From the NCBI GenBank assembly GCA_047601445.1, contig JASGJH010000001.1:7808001-7872000 (forward strand): a stretch of DNA of 64,000 bases, in the 5' to 3' direction. The notes beneath the pieces are model-generated. The model saw only the letters and a list, made by a program, of their open reading frames with translations. It was not told the origin of the DNA and made no database searches. Below are positions 21,663 to 31,093 of this stretch, in pieces (position 1 is the first letter of the stretch; every line of letters begins with the position of its first letter). This DNA comes from Myxococcales bacterium (GTDB taxonomy: Bacteria; Myxococcota_A; Polyangia; Polyangiales; DASUME01). The position numbers were made by a program, and so were the translations under genes.

Positions 21663-22037
21663 ATGACCACGAAGGACGTCATCGCCACCAATTTGCGCAC
21701 GCTGCGCAAGGTGCGCGGTCTCAGTCAGCCGGAGCTGGCCGCCAAGGTCGGAATCAGCCCCCGCACCATCGCGCGCCTGGAGGCCGGACAGGTGGCCGAT
21801 CCCAGCATCAACCACGTGCGCGATTTGGCGCGCGCCCTCGGCGTCACGGTGGACCTCATCAGCGAGAGCGAGCTCTTGCCGCTCACCATCGCCGTGCCCG
21901 CCAAGGTGAAGCAGGTACTCGACTCGCCGGAGGGGCTCGAGCTGTTGTCGGAGCTCCTGGACTACGAGCGCGTGCGGGGCCGTCAGGCGGTGCTGGCGGC
22001 GATCCGACAGATTCACCTGGAGCGCGAAGGCGCGTGA
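21663..22037 (+). CDS. XRE family HTH regulator
   Basis: NLRTLRKVRGLSQPELAAKVGISPRTIARLEAG. Confidence 0.9.
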   Translation: MTTKDVIATNLRTLRKVRGLSQPELAAKVGISPRTIARLEAGQVADPSINHVRDLARALGVTVDLISESELLPLTIAVPAKVKQVLDSPEGLELLSELLDYERVRGRQAVLAAIRQIHLEREGA

Positions 22038-23206
22038 GCTCCGATCCTCGCTCGACGAGCACAGGGAAGGGGATGGGCTCGCTGATCGTCGATCGGGAGC
22101 GCGCGCTGGAGTCCCTCGAGGTGCTGTCGCGGGCGGCTCGCCTGTCGTTCGACACCGAGGGCGATGGGCTGTTTCGCTACCGCACGCGCCTGTGCATGAT
22201 GCAGCTCGGCTGCGCCGAGCAGGTCGCCTTGGTCGACACCCTGGCCTTCGATGCGCTGCCCTTGTTCGAGCGCTTGTTGGGCGAGCAAGGTCCCGAAAAA
22301 ATCGTCCACGACGCCTCCTTCGACGCGCGGGTCCTGTTCGCTCACGGGGTGAAGCTCGGGCGCGTCTTCGACACCGCCGTGGCCGCGCGCTTTCTGGGCC
22401 TGAAAGCCACGGGGCTCTCCAGCCTGCTGTCGACGTTCTTCCAGCTCGAGCTACCCAAGGACAAGCAGCAGGCCGATTGGGGGGCGCGACCGCTCGACGA
22501 CGACGCCGTGCGCTACCTGGTCGACGACGTGTGCCACCTCGAGGCGCTAGCCGACCTCCTGCTCGCCCGCATCCGCGAGCTGGATATCGAGGCCGAGGTT
22601 CGCGAGGAGTGCGCCTACCTGCTGAGCGAAGCCCAGCACCCGGCGGTCGAGGCGCCACCCTGGACGCGACTCAAGGGAGCGCTGGTGCGCCCCCCTGCGG
22701 AGCGCGCCCGCCTGCGTGAGTTGTTCGCGGAGCGCGAGGCGTTGGCGCGCGAGCTCGACGTGCCCCCGGGCCGTCTGGTGCCCAACGAAGTGCTCTCCAA
22801 GCTCGGAGAGCGCGCCGAGGTCGAGAGCGCCCAGCTCGCTCGTCTACTCGGCCCCAAGCTCGCGGGGCATTTGGAGCGCTTCGAGCAGGCGTTCGAGCGC
22901 GCACGCGGGCTCTCGGATGCACCCGAGGCGGAAATCCGGAGCCAGGCTAGCCGGGCCGTGAGCCCAGCCGAGCTCGAGCGGAGGAAGACCCGCAAACGCC
23001 TGCTGACGGAGCTGCGGACCCGTGAGGCGGCGCTGCGGGGGGTGGACCCACAGGTGGTGCTGCCCGGCCATTGTTTGAGCGAGATCGTCGATCTCCCCGT
23101 GGTCGATCTCGAGACGCTGCGCGCGGTGCCTGGCTTCGGTGAGTGTCGCATCGAGCGCTACGGCGCGCGCATGGTGGCCGAGCTCACAGCGACCTGGCCA
23201 CGTTGA
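22034..23206 (+). CDS. rnd: Ribonuclease D (DEDDy exonuclease + HRDC)
   Basis: FDTEG, KIVHDASFD, FDT, QQADWGARPL, YLVDDV, HRDC-like C-terminus; GTGA overlap with the XRE gene. Confidence 0.88.
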   Translation: MSSDPRSTSTGKGMGSLIVDRERALESLEVLSRAARLSFDTEGDGLFRYRTRLCMMQLGCAEQVALVDTLAFDALPLFERLLGEQGPEKIVHDASFDARVLFAHGVKLGRVFDTAVAARFLGLKATGLSSLLSTFFQLELPKDKQQADWGARPLDDDAVRYLVDDVCHLEALADLLLARIRELDIEAEVREECAYLLSEAQHPAVEAPPWTRLKGALVRPPAERARLRELFAEREALARELDVPPGRLVPNEVLSKLGERAEVESAQLARLLGPKLAGHLERFEQAFERARGLSDAPEAEIRSQASRAVSPAELERRKTRKRLLTELRTREAALRGVDPQVVLPGHCLSEIVDLPVVDLETLRAVPGFGECRIERYGARMVAELTATWPR

Positions 23207-23218
23207 GGTGCGGGGAGG

Positions 23219-23250
23219 TGGCGATTTGCGACCTGGTGTCGCCAGTTTTT
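23219..23250 (+). terminator. Probable intrinsic terminator after rnd
   Basis: TGGCGAT...GTCGCCA stem followed by GTTTTT. Confidence 0.5.
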
Positions 23251-23266
23251 CGCCTCCGAAACGCGC

Positions 23267-25177
23267 TTGGGAGAAAAGCGTGATCGCGCGCTGACCAACA
23301 CTGGTAAAACCAAAACGGGGTTTTTCGCGGTCGTGTTCTCCGTCCTTTCATACGGAAGTTTGCTGACGCTCGGAGCAGGCGTCATGGCGTCCTCCCTCGT
23401 CGGCTACCTGAGCTCGATCCGCCGCCAGCGGCGGGAATGTGACGAGCGTTTCGAGCGCTTTGGGCGCGCGGCCCAGGACGCCCTCTGGGAATGCTCCTTC
23501 GAGACCGCGGGTTCCGCCCTGCGCCCTGGTTCAGCGCACTACTCGGCTCGCTTCTGTGAGCTCCTGGGGCTGCCCGCCAAGTCGCAGGGCAACACTCGGG
23601 ATTTCCTGCTGGAGCGGGTGCACCCGGGGGATCGCCCGGCCCTCGAGGGCAAGCTCGGCGATCTCGCGCGCGGCTCGCTGGAGCGACTCGAGCTCGAGCA
23701 TCGGCTGCGCCACGAGGACGGCTCCTGGCTGTGGGTGGAAGTGCGCGTGGTGCGCGCGAGCTCGGCAGAGGGGCAGGTGGTGCTCACGGGGTGGGTCGCG
23801 GACATCAGCGAGCGCAAGGCGGCCGAACGCCAGCTGCGTTTCCATGCCTTCCGCGACTCGCTGACCGGGCTCGCCAACCGCAGCTTGTTCATGGATCGAC
23901 TGAGCCAGTGCCTACTGCGGCCCCGCGGCGTCCCCGAGGGGAGCCAGCCCGAAAACCAGCAGGGCAAGACCTCGAGCACCGCGGTGCTCCTGATCGACCT
24001 CGACCGCTTCAAGCGCGTGAACGACAGCCTGTGTCACTCCGCGGGCGACGTGCTGCTCTACGCGGTCGCCGAGCGCCTCTCGGCGTGCGTGCGCGAAGAG
24101 GACACGGTGGCGCGTCTCGGCGGCGACGAGTTCGCGCTGCTGCTCCACGAGATCGCTTCTCCCGAAGACGCCATCGACGTGGCCACGCGCGCGCGCCGCG
24201 CGCTGATGGAGCCCATCATCGTGCAGGGACGCCCGGTGACCGTGGGAGCGAGTGTCGGCATCGTGGTGGTGGGCGATGGACATTTGACGGCGGTCGACGT
24301 GGTGCGCGACGCCGATACCGCCATGTATCGCGCCAAGGCGCTGGGGCGCGGTCAGTGGGCGCTGTTCGATCCGTCCATGCGCGCGCAGGCCGTGGAGCGC
24401 ATGACGCTCGAGAACGAGCTGCGTAGCGGCTTGGCCAACGAGCAGATCGAGGTGTTCTTCCAGCCCATCGTCGATGGCGCGGGACAGTTCGCCGGCGTGG
24501 AAGCGCTGCCGCGTTGGCATCATCCGCGCCTGGGCATGTTGTTGCCGGCGGACTTCATTCAGCTCGCCGAGGAGACCGGCCTGATCATGGAGCTCGGCGA
24601 TCTGGTGCTGAGCCAGGCCTGCGAGCTCGGACGCCGCATCGGCAAGGTCGTCAACCACGCCAACTGGACCGTCAACGTCAACCTCTCGCCGCGCCAGCTA
24701 GGTCGCTCCGATCTCAAGCGCCGCGTGGAGATGGTGCTCGAGGGGACCGGCCTCGATCCGGCCCGTCTGTGCTTCGAGGTCACCGAGGATCTCGTGCTCG
24801 ATGAGTTGCCCTCCGGGGCGGCCTTGTTCACGGCGCTGCGCGAGCGCGGCGTGAAGTTGTGCATGGACGACTTCGGCACGGGCTACTCGTCGTTGAGCTA
24901 CCTGCATCGCTTCCGCTTCGACTTCCTGAAGATCGAGACGAACTTCGTGCACGGCATCGAGGCCCACGAGGGCGGCGTGCAGCTCGTGCGTTCCATGGTG
25001 AACCTGGCGCGTAACCTGGGCGTGATGCCGATCGCCGAAGGGGTGGAGACGCAGAAGCAGTGGGACGTGTTGAAGTCGCTGGGGTGCCCGCGCGCCCAGG
25101 GCTTCCACTTCGCCACACCGCTGACGGCCACCGAGTTCATGGCCTGGATCCGAGAGCGCTTCGCGGCATGCGCATGA
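23267..25177 (+). CDS. Membrane-anchored PAS-GGDEF-EAL protein (start uncertain)
   Basis: PAS (VHPGD, GSWLWV), RLGGDEF, EALPRW, DDFGTGYSSL, AEGVET. Real start may be 23360-23384. Confidence 0.9.
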   Translation: MGEKRDRALTNTGKTKTGFFAVVFSVLSYGSLLTLGAGVMASSLVGYLSSIRRQRRECDERFERFGRAAQDALWECSFETAGSALRPGSAHYSARFCELLGLPAKSQGNTRDFLLERVHPGDRPALEGKLGDLARGSLERLELEHRLRHEDGSWLWVEVRVVRASSAEGQVVLTGWVADISERKAAERQLRFHAFRDSLTGLANRSLFMDRLSQCLLRPRGVPEGSQPENQQGKTSSTAVLLIDLDRFKRVNDSLCHSAGDVLLYAVAERLSACVREEDTVARLGGDEFALLLHEIASPEDAIDVATRARRALMEPIIVQGRPVTVGASVGIVVVGDGHLTAVDVVRDADTAMYRAKALGRGQWALFDPSMRAQAVERMTLENELRSGLANEQIEVFFQPIVDGAGQFAGVEALPRWHHPRLGMLLPADFIQLAEETGLIMELGDLVLSQACELGRRIGKVVNHANWTVNVNLSPRQLGRSDLKRRVEMVLEGTGLDPARLCFEVTEDLVLDELPSGAALFTALRERGVKLCMDDFGTGYSSLSYLHRFRFDFLKIETNFVHGIEAHEGGVQLVRSMVNLARNLGVMPIAEGVETQKQWDVLKSLGCPRAQGFHFATPLTATEFMAWIRERFAACA

Positions 25178-27213
25178 ACGCGGCCTCGCGTGCTCCCGTC
25201 AAGCTCGGCGTCGCCCTCAGCGCGCTCTATCTGGCGTTGTTCGCCCTGGGCGCGACCCAGCTGCCGTTCTCCCTGGGGGCCCTGGCGACGCTGCCCATCC
25301 TGGCGTCCGCCTGGTTCGGAGGCCGCCGCGGCGTTGCCAGTGCCGGGCTAGCGCTCGCGCTCGGCCACAGCGTGCTGGCGCTCTCCTGGGCGGGATTCCG
25401 ACTCGACGGCTACGAGATTCTCTGGGGCGTGGCGCTGCTGGCCATCGGCTTCGTGGTCGCGGCATTGCGCGATTCGGGCGAGCGTGAGCGGGCGGCGTTA
25501 GGGGCCGCGGAGCAGCGCTTCGAGCGAGCCCTGCGCGAGGCGCGGGACGTACTCTGGGAGTGGGACATCCCTTCCGGAAGCGCGTTCTTCTCGGAGCGCT
25601 TTCAGGAGTTGGTGGGGGCCGAGGGGCCGGTGCTGTCCACGCGCATCAGCGAGTGGTTCGATCGTGTGCATCCGGAGGAAATCGAGCCCCTCAACCGCGC
25701 CGTCGAGGAGCACCGACGCGGCGAGAGCGAGCGCTTCGAGCACATGCATCGGCTGCGGCGCCAGGACGGCTCCTATGTGTGGGTCGCGGCGGGCGGCCTG
25801 TTGACACGCGACGCTCACGGTGAGCCCACGCGTATGACGGGTTGGATCACCGACGTCACGGAGCAGCGCCGCTCCGAGGCTCAGCTGCGGCGCTTGGCTC
25901 TCCAGGACGCCCTCACTGGCTTGCCCAACCGCGTGCTCTTCATGGATCGCCTGGAGCAGGCCCACGAGCGCGCGCGGCGCCGCCAGCGTGAGTACGCGGT
26001 GCTCCTGGTGGACCTCGATCGCTTCAAGGTCATCAACGACAGCCTGGGCCACGCGCTCGGCGACCTCCTCCTGATGAAGGTGGCTCGCCTGCTCAAGGAC
26101 ACGGTGCGGCCTGGAGACACCATCGCTCGCCTCGGTGGGGATGAGTTCGTGATCTTGCTCGAGGACCTGGAGCGACCCGAGCAGGCAGACGAGATCGCAG
26201 GTGAAGTGGTCGCCAACCTGGTGCAGCCCATCGACGTGGATGGTCAGCGCGTGGTGGTGGGCGCCAGCGTGGGCATGTCGCGGGGCCCGGGCTCGCGCGA
26301 TGCACCGCGGCCCGAGGAGATCCTGCGCGAGGCCGACATCGCGATGTACAAGGCCAAGGCCTCCGGCGGCGAGCGTGTGGACGTGTTCGACCCTGCCGCG
26401 CAGGGCAACCTGGCGGAGCGACTCGATCTGGAAAACGAGCTGCGGCGGGCGCTCGACGGAGAAACACTCCACGTGCACTACCAGCCCATCGTCGACGTCG
26501 AGGCGGGCCTGGTGGTCGGCTTCGAAGCCCTGGCCCGCTGGCATCACCCGCGCCTCGGCCCCGTCAGTCCGGGTAAGTTCATCCCGATCGCCGAAGAATC
26601 CGGCCTCATCGATCGACTCGGCGAGTGCGTACTGCGCGTGGCCTGCCGCGATGCCGCCGCGCTCAAGCGGCGCTTCCCCGACGCCACGGCCTTCCGCATG
26701 GGCGTGAACCTGTCGGTCGCCCAGTTGGCCCACACCGACCTCTGCGAGCGCGTGGAGCGCGCGCTCAAGGACAGCGAGCTGACCGCCGACTACTTGAGCC
26801 TGGAGATCACCGAGAGCGGCTTGCTCGAGGACACCGAAGGCGCCGTGCGCATCTTCTCGCGTCTGCAGGACATGGGCGTGCGCCTCTCGATGGACGACTT
26901 CGGCACCGGCTACTCCTCCCTGCAATACCTGCGGCGCTTCCGCATCGACACCCTCAAGATCGACGGCTCGTTCGTGCGCGACATGGAGCACACGGCCGGC
27001 GAGGAGATCTGCGCCACCATCATCAACCTGGGCAAGGACCTGGGCCTCAGTGTGGTGGCCGAGGGCGTGGAGTTGCCTCAGGAGCTCGCTCGCCTGCGCC
27101 GCCTCGGCGGACGCTACGCCCAGGGCTTCTTGCTGTCGCGACCGCTCGCGTTCGATGCCCTGTGCGCCTGGCTCGAGAGCATGCCCGGCTGGCGCCTCCG
27201 CATGGCGAGTTAA
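25174..27213 (+). CDS. Membrane PAS-GGDEF-EAL protein
   Basis: Multi-TM N-terminus, PAS, RLGGDEF, EALARW, DDFGTGYSS; ATGA overlap with the upstream paralogue. Confidence 0.92.
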   Translation: MNAASRAPVKLGVALSALYLALFALGATQLPFSLGALATLPILASAWFGGRRGVASAGLALALGHSVLALSWAGFRLDGYEILWGVALLAIGFVVAALRDSGERERAALGAAEQRFERALREARDVLWEWDIPSGSAFFSERFQELVGAEGPVLSTRISEWFDRVHPEEIEPLNRAVEEHRRGESERFEHMHRLRRQDGSYVWVAAGGLLTRDAHGEPTRMTGWITDVTEQRRSEAQLRRLALQDALTGLPNRVLFMDRLEQAHERARRRQREYAVLLVDLDRFKVINDSLGHALGDLLLMKVARLLKDTVRPGDTIARLGGDEFVILLEDLERPEQADEIAGEVVANLVQPIDVDGQRVVVGASVGMSRGPGSRDAPRPEEILREADIAMYKAKASGGERVDVFDPAAQGNLAERLDLENELRRALDGETLHVHYQPIVDVEAGLVVGFEALARWHHPRLGPVSPGKFIPIAEESGLIDRLGECVLRVACRDAAALKRRFPDATAFRMGVNLSVAQLAHTDLCERVERALKDSELTADYLSLEITESGLLEDTEGAVRIFSRLQDMGVRLSMDDFGTGYSSLQYLRRFRIDTLKIDGSFVRDMEHTAGEEICATIINLGKDLGLSVVAEGVELPQELARLRRLGGRYAQGFLLSRPLAFDALCAWLESMPGWRLRMAS

Positions 27214-27267
27214 GAGCAGAGTCACGAGAGCCAGCTCATTGACTCTGACTGGCCCGGGGACGTGAAC

Positions 27268-27849
27268 TCAGCCCCGGTCGTCGTCGCGCTCGATCTCTTC
27301 GCCCTCGGTCTCCACGATCACGTTCGCATGGCGTCCCGGTCCGCGACCCACCTCGGTGGTCGTCTGGACCGGACGTCCTTCGCGTCGCGACGCTGAGGGC
27401 GCGCGCACGTGACCCCCGAAGGGCATGGAGCCGTGTAGGCCCCCGTGCGGCACGCCGAAACCGAAGCGCTGCACTTGGATGCCGCCGCTCGCAACCTGGC
27501 GCTCCAGGTAGGTCCGTAGGGCGGTCGCCAGGTGCTTACGCGTGAACGGCAGCAGCATGAACAGACCGAAGAAGTCCGTGATCACCCCGGGCGTAATCAG
27601 AAACAACCCACCCACCAGGATCAGCAAGCCTCCGAGCACGCCCTCTTCCGGGACGCGTCCTTCGGCGAAGGCGATGCGCCACTCATCCACCACGCGGCGC
27701 CCCTGCTGCTTGGCCAGATAGGCTCCGAGCAACCCCATCGCCACCACGAAGCCCAGAGTGGGGGCCGCTCCGATCACCTTACCGATGCGGATCAAGAGCC
27801 AGAGCTCCACGAAGGGGATCAGCGTAAACGCGAGAAACAACAAGCCCAC
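27268..27849 (-). CDS. fxsA: FxsA family membrane protein
   Basis: IPFVELWLLIRIG, LLILVGGLFLITPGVITD. Confidence 0.9.
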   Translation of the reverse strand: MGLLFLAFTLIPFVELWLLIRIGKVIGAAPTLGFVVAMGLLGAYLAKQQGRRVVDEWRIAFAEGRVPEEGVLGGLLILVGGLFLITPGVITDFFGLFMLLPFTRKHLATALRTYLERQVASGGIQVQRFGFGVPHGGLHGSMPFGGHVRAPSASRREGRPVQTTTEVGRGPGRHANVIVETEGEEIERDDDRG

Positions 27850-28083
27850 CCAGTGTCTGTATCCACGCCGACCCTCCCGGGCAACCCCTCCGGTCCGGCC
27901 TTCTCACTAGTTCACACTGTGCGCGCGGCGCGTTTCCGCACGCGCTTCCCACGCTCCTCGTCGTCCGCTCCGGAAAACACTGGGAAAGCAGGTGTGCGGG
28001 CGAACATTCGCCGAGCTCGAAGCGTAAAGAAGTGAGAAGCCGGACGGCTTGTCTTTTTTCCCCGCTGCCCCCAGGGTGTCTTC

Positions 28084-28344
28084 GTGTCCGCACTAGCGTC
28101 TCACTCAACTCACTGTCCGCGCTGCGCGCGCTCCGTGTCGGTGGTGTCGGTTTGGCCTGGTTTCGTCTGGGCCAAGCGAGCCTGGTACGGCGGGCTTCTG
28201 GTGCTCGCCTGTTTGATGCCCGTGATCATGAGTGAAATCACGCTGCTCTTGCCGCTGGCCATGATGTTCGCCGCGGCCGCGGGGCCCGTGCATATGTTGG
28301 CCGCCCAGCGCGACTCCTGCCGCGAGTGCGGGCTCGAGCTCTAG
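28084..28344 (+). CDS. Small CxxC-hydrophobic hairpin-CxxC protein (LITAF-like architecture)
   Basis: CPRC near the N-terminus, two hydrophobic segments, CREC at the C-terminus. Confidence 0.6.
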   Translation: MSALASHSTHCPRCARSVSVVSVWPGFVWAKRAWYGGLLVLACLMPVIMSEITLLLPLAMMFAAAAGPVHMLAAQRDSCRECGLEL

Positions 28345-28364
28345 GCGACACCCCCGAAGGGCCC

Positions 28365-29246
28365 CTAAGGCTCCCACCAGGCCTGGCTCGAGGCGAATTC
28401 AGCGAAGCGCAGCGCGCTCTCTTTGGCCTTCTTGCGACGCCGTCCGGTGGGTGCTTGCACCAGTGCCACGCGCCTTCGCTCCACGAAGCCCACCAGCGGG
28501 ATGCGCGTGACGTTGCGTCCCTGGTAATGCTCCGGCATCACGGTGATGCCCAGGCCGGCGCCCACCATGGCCAGCGCACGCTCGTCTTGCTCGGTGCGGT
28601 ACACCAGGCGCGGGCGCACGTTGTGGCTGGTGAAGAAGCGGCTGGTCTCGCTGAGCATCTCGCAGCGGGTGCGCACGATGGTGGGCTCGTCGCCGAGCTC
28701 GTTCACCTGGATGCTGCTGCGGCGCGCGAGCGGATGGTGGGAGGCGATGGCGAGCGAGTAGCCCTCCTCGTAGAGGCGTTCGCTCCGGGCGCGCAGCTCG
28801 GGGCGCTCGATGGTGAGTGCCAGGTCGAGTCGCTCGCTCTGCAAGCGGTTGAGCAGCTCCCGCTCACTGCCTTCGAAGAGCTCCAGGATGGCCCCCGGAT
28901 GGGCACGCAAGAAGTCCCGCAACAGGCTCTGTACGGAAGCCGCCGCGATGGTCGTCAGCACGCCCACCTGCAGGACTTCCCGGGTTTGCACGTTGGAGAG
29001 CTCGGCCTGGGCCTCCTGCACTTCGGAGAGGATCGTGCGGGCGCGTTCTACGAAGCGAGTCCCCGCGCTGGTCAGGAACACGCGGCGACCTGAGCGGTCG
29101 AACAGCGTCACGGACAGCGCCGACTCGAGCTTTTGGATGCCCGCGGAGAGGGTCGGTTGGGACACGCGCGCGCGCCGGCTGGCCTTGGTGAAGCTGCCGG
29201 TTTCCACCACCGCCAGGAAGTAACGCAGCTGGTAGAGCTCGAGCAT
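28365..29246 (-). CDS. LysR family transcriptional regulator
   Basis: MLELYQLRYFLAVVETGSFTKAS..VSQPTLSAGIQKLE. ATG 29246 preferred because 29270 lies in the operator. Confidence 0.94.
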   Translation of the reverse strand: MLELYQLRYFLAVVETGSFTKASRRARVSQPTLSAGIQKLESALSVTLFDRSGRRVFLTSAGTRFVERARTILSEVQEAQAELSNVQTREVLQVGVLTTIAAASVQSLLRDFLRAHPGAILELFEGSERELLNRLQSERLDLALTIERPELRARSERLYEEGYSLAIASHHPLARRSSIQVNELGDEPTIVRTRCEMLSETSRFFTSHNVRPRLVYRTEQDERALAMVGAGLGITVMPEHYQGRNVTRIPLVGFVERRRVALVQAPTGRRRKKAKESALRFAEFASSQAWWEP

Positions 29247-29267
29247 GGGCGTTCCTCTGCGTTCGAT

Positions 29268-29334
29268 CATAGATGATTTCTATGAATAGAATCAAAAGCA
29301 TCGATTGGTTCTATCGAGGGGGGCTGCCTACAAT
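29268..29334. promoter_or_regulatory. LTTR operator array and -10 box of the divergent operon
   Basis: CATAG-N7-CTATG (29268-84), TCGAT-N7-ATCGA (29301-17), TACAAT (29329-34). Confidence 0.7.
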
Positions 29335-29364
29335 GGTCTCAATCGCGTGCGCTCGCGCGCGATT

Positions 29365-29467
29365 GGTCCTTTCTCGCTCGCGCGCCCCAGGGCGCGCCCG
29401 GTCCTTTCTCGCTCGCGCGCCCCAGGGCGCGCCCGGTCCTTTCTCGCTCGCGCGCCCCAGGGCGCGC
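29365..29467. repeat. 35-bp tandem repeat, about 3 copies
   Basis: GGTCCTTTCTCGCTCGCGCGCCCCAGGGCGCGCCC at 29365, 29400 and 29435 (last copy 33 nt), no spacers. Confidence 0.95.
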
Positions 29468-29480
29468 TTCGACAGTGGTC

Positions 29481-31088
29481 ATGCCCGCCCTCAGCAGCCA
29501 AACCGACATCCGCTCCGCCGAGTTTCGACAGAACCGTGAGTCCATGCTGGCTCTGGTCGAGGAGCTGCGTGCGCGCTCGACACAGGCCCAGAAGGGCGGT
29601 GGCGAGAAGGCCATCGAGAAGCACGTCGGCCGCGGCAAGCTGCTGCCGCGGGAGCGCGTGCGGTTGTTGCTCGATCCGGGCTCGCCCTTCCTCGAGCTGA
29701 GTCCGCTGGCGGCATCCGGCATGTACGGCAACGAGGTCCCCGCCGCGGGCATCATCACCGGCATCGGTCGCATCAGCGGACGCGAGTGCGTGGTGGTCTG
29801 CAACGACGCCACCGTGAAGGGCGGCACGTACTACCCGGTCACGGTGAAGAAGCACCTGCGGGCCCAGGAGATCGCGCGCGAGAACCGCCTGCCCTGCGTG
29901 TACCTGGTGGACTCCGGTGGGGCCAACCTGCCCAACCAGGACGAGGTGTTTCCCGACAAGGAGCACTTCGGCCGCATCTTCTTCAACCAAGCCAACATGA
30001 GCGCCGCGGGCATCGCGCAGATCGCCGTGGTGATGGGCTCTTGCACCGCGGGCGGCGCTTACGTGCCCGCCATGGCCGACGAAAGCATCATCGTGCGCAA
30101 GCAGGGCACCATCTTTCTCGGCGGCCCGCCGCTGGTCAAAGCCGCCACCGGCGAGGTTGTGAGCGCCGAGGACCTCGGCGGTGCCGAAGTGCACACCAAG
30201 CAGAGCGGCGTGGCCGATCACTACGCCCTCGACGACGCGGACGCGCTCACTATTGCGCGCCGCATCGTGGGCCACCTCAATACGCGCAAGGACGTGAGCT
30301 TGAGCCTACGCGAGCCACGGGCACCGCTGTTCGACGCGGAGGAGATCCTCGGCTTGATCCCCAAGGACACCCGCATCCCCTACGACGTGCGCGAGGTGAT
30401 CGCCCGCGTGGTCGACGGCAGCGAGTTCGATGAATTCAAGCAGCGCTACGGCACCACGTTGGTCACCGGCTTCGCGCACCTGTCCGGTTATCCCGTGGGC
30501 ATCGTGGCCAACAACGGGGTCTTGTTCAGCGAGTCGGCCCTCAAGGGAGCCCACTTCGTGCAGCTCTGCGCGCAACGCGGCATCCCGCTCCTGTTCTTGC
30601 AGAACATCACCGGCTTCATGGTCGGCCAACGCTACGAGGCGGGTGGCATCGCGAAGGACGGCGCCAAGTTGGTGACCGCGGTGGCCTGCGCGCGCGTTCC
30701 CAAGCTCACGCTGATCCTGGGCGGCTCGTTCGGTGCAGGAAACTACGGCATGTGCGGGCGTGCTTACGGCCCACGCTTCCTCTTCATGTGGCCCAATGCC
30801 CGCATCAGCGTGATGGGCGGTGAGCAGGCCGCACGCGTGCTGGCCACGGTGCGGCGCGACGGACTCGAGGCCGCGGGCAAGACCATGAGTCTCGAGGAGG
30901 AGGAGCGCTTCATGGCGCCCATCCGCGCGCAATACGAGGAGCAGGGCAACCCCTACTACGCCACCGCGCGCCTGTGGGACGACGGCGTGATCGATCCGCG
31001 CGATACCCGCACCGTGCTTTCGCTCGCCCTGAGCGCAGCGCTCAATGCACCCATCGAGAGCACGCCGTTCGGCGTGTTCAGGATGTGA
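29481..31088 (+). CDS. mccB: 3-methylcrotonyl-CoA carboxylase beta (carboxyltransferase) subunit
   Basis: [52 protein letters not shown]. Confidence 0.94.
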   Translation: MPALSSQTDIRSAEFRQNRESMLALVEELRARSTQAQKGGGEKAIEKHVGRGKLLPRERVRLLLDPGSPFLELSPLAASGMYGNEVPAAGIITGIGRISGRECVVVCNDATVKGGTYYPVTVKKHLRAQEIARENRLPCVYLVDSGGANLPNQDEVFPDKEHFGRIFFNQANMSAAGIAQIAVVMGSCTAGGAYVPAMADESIIVRKQGTIFLGGPPLVKAATGEVVSAEDLGGAEVHTKQSGVADHYALDDADALTIARRIVGHLNTRKDVSLSLREPRAPLFDAEEILGLIPKDTRIPYDVREVIARVVDGSEFDEFKQRYGTTLVTGFAHLSGYPVGIVANNGVLFSESALKGAHFVQLCAQRGIPLLFLQNITGFMVGQRYEAGGIAKDGAKLVTAVACARVPKLTLILGGSFGAGNYGMCGRAYGPRFLFMWPNARISVMGGEQAARVLATVRRDGLEAAGKTMSLEEEERFMAPIRAQYEEQGNPYYATARLWDDGVIDPRDTRTVLSLALSAALNAPIESTPFGVFRM

Positions 31089-31093
31089 CGCCC

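Noticed and set aside
29365..29467. 35-bp palindromic repeats as a CRISPR array
   Set aside because: Head-to-tail with no spacers, and no cas genes
29273..29539. ORF crossing the tandem repeat as a leucine leader peptide
   Set aside because: No Leu run, the starts lie inside the operator or -10 box, and the sequence is just the repeat read in rotating frames
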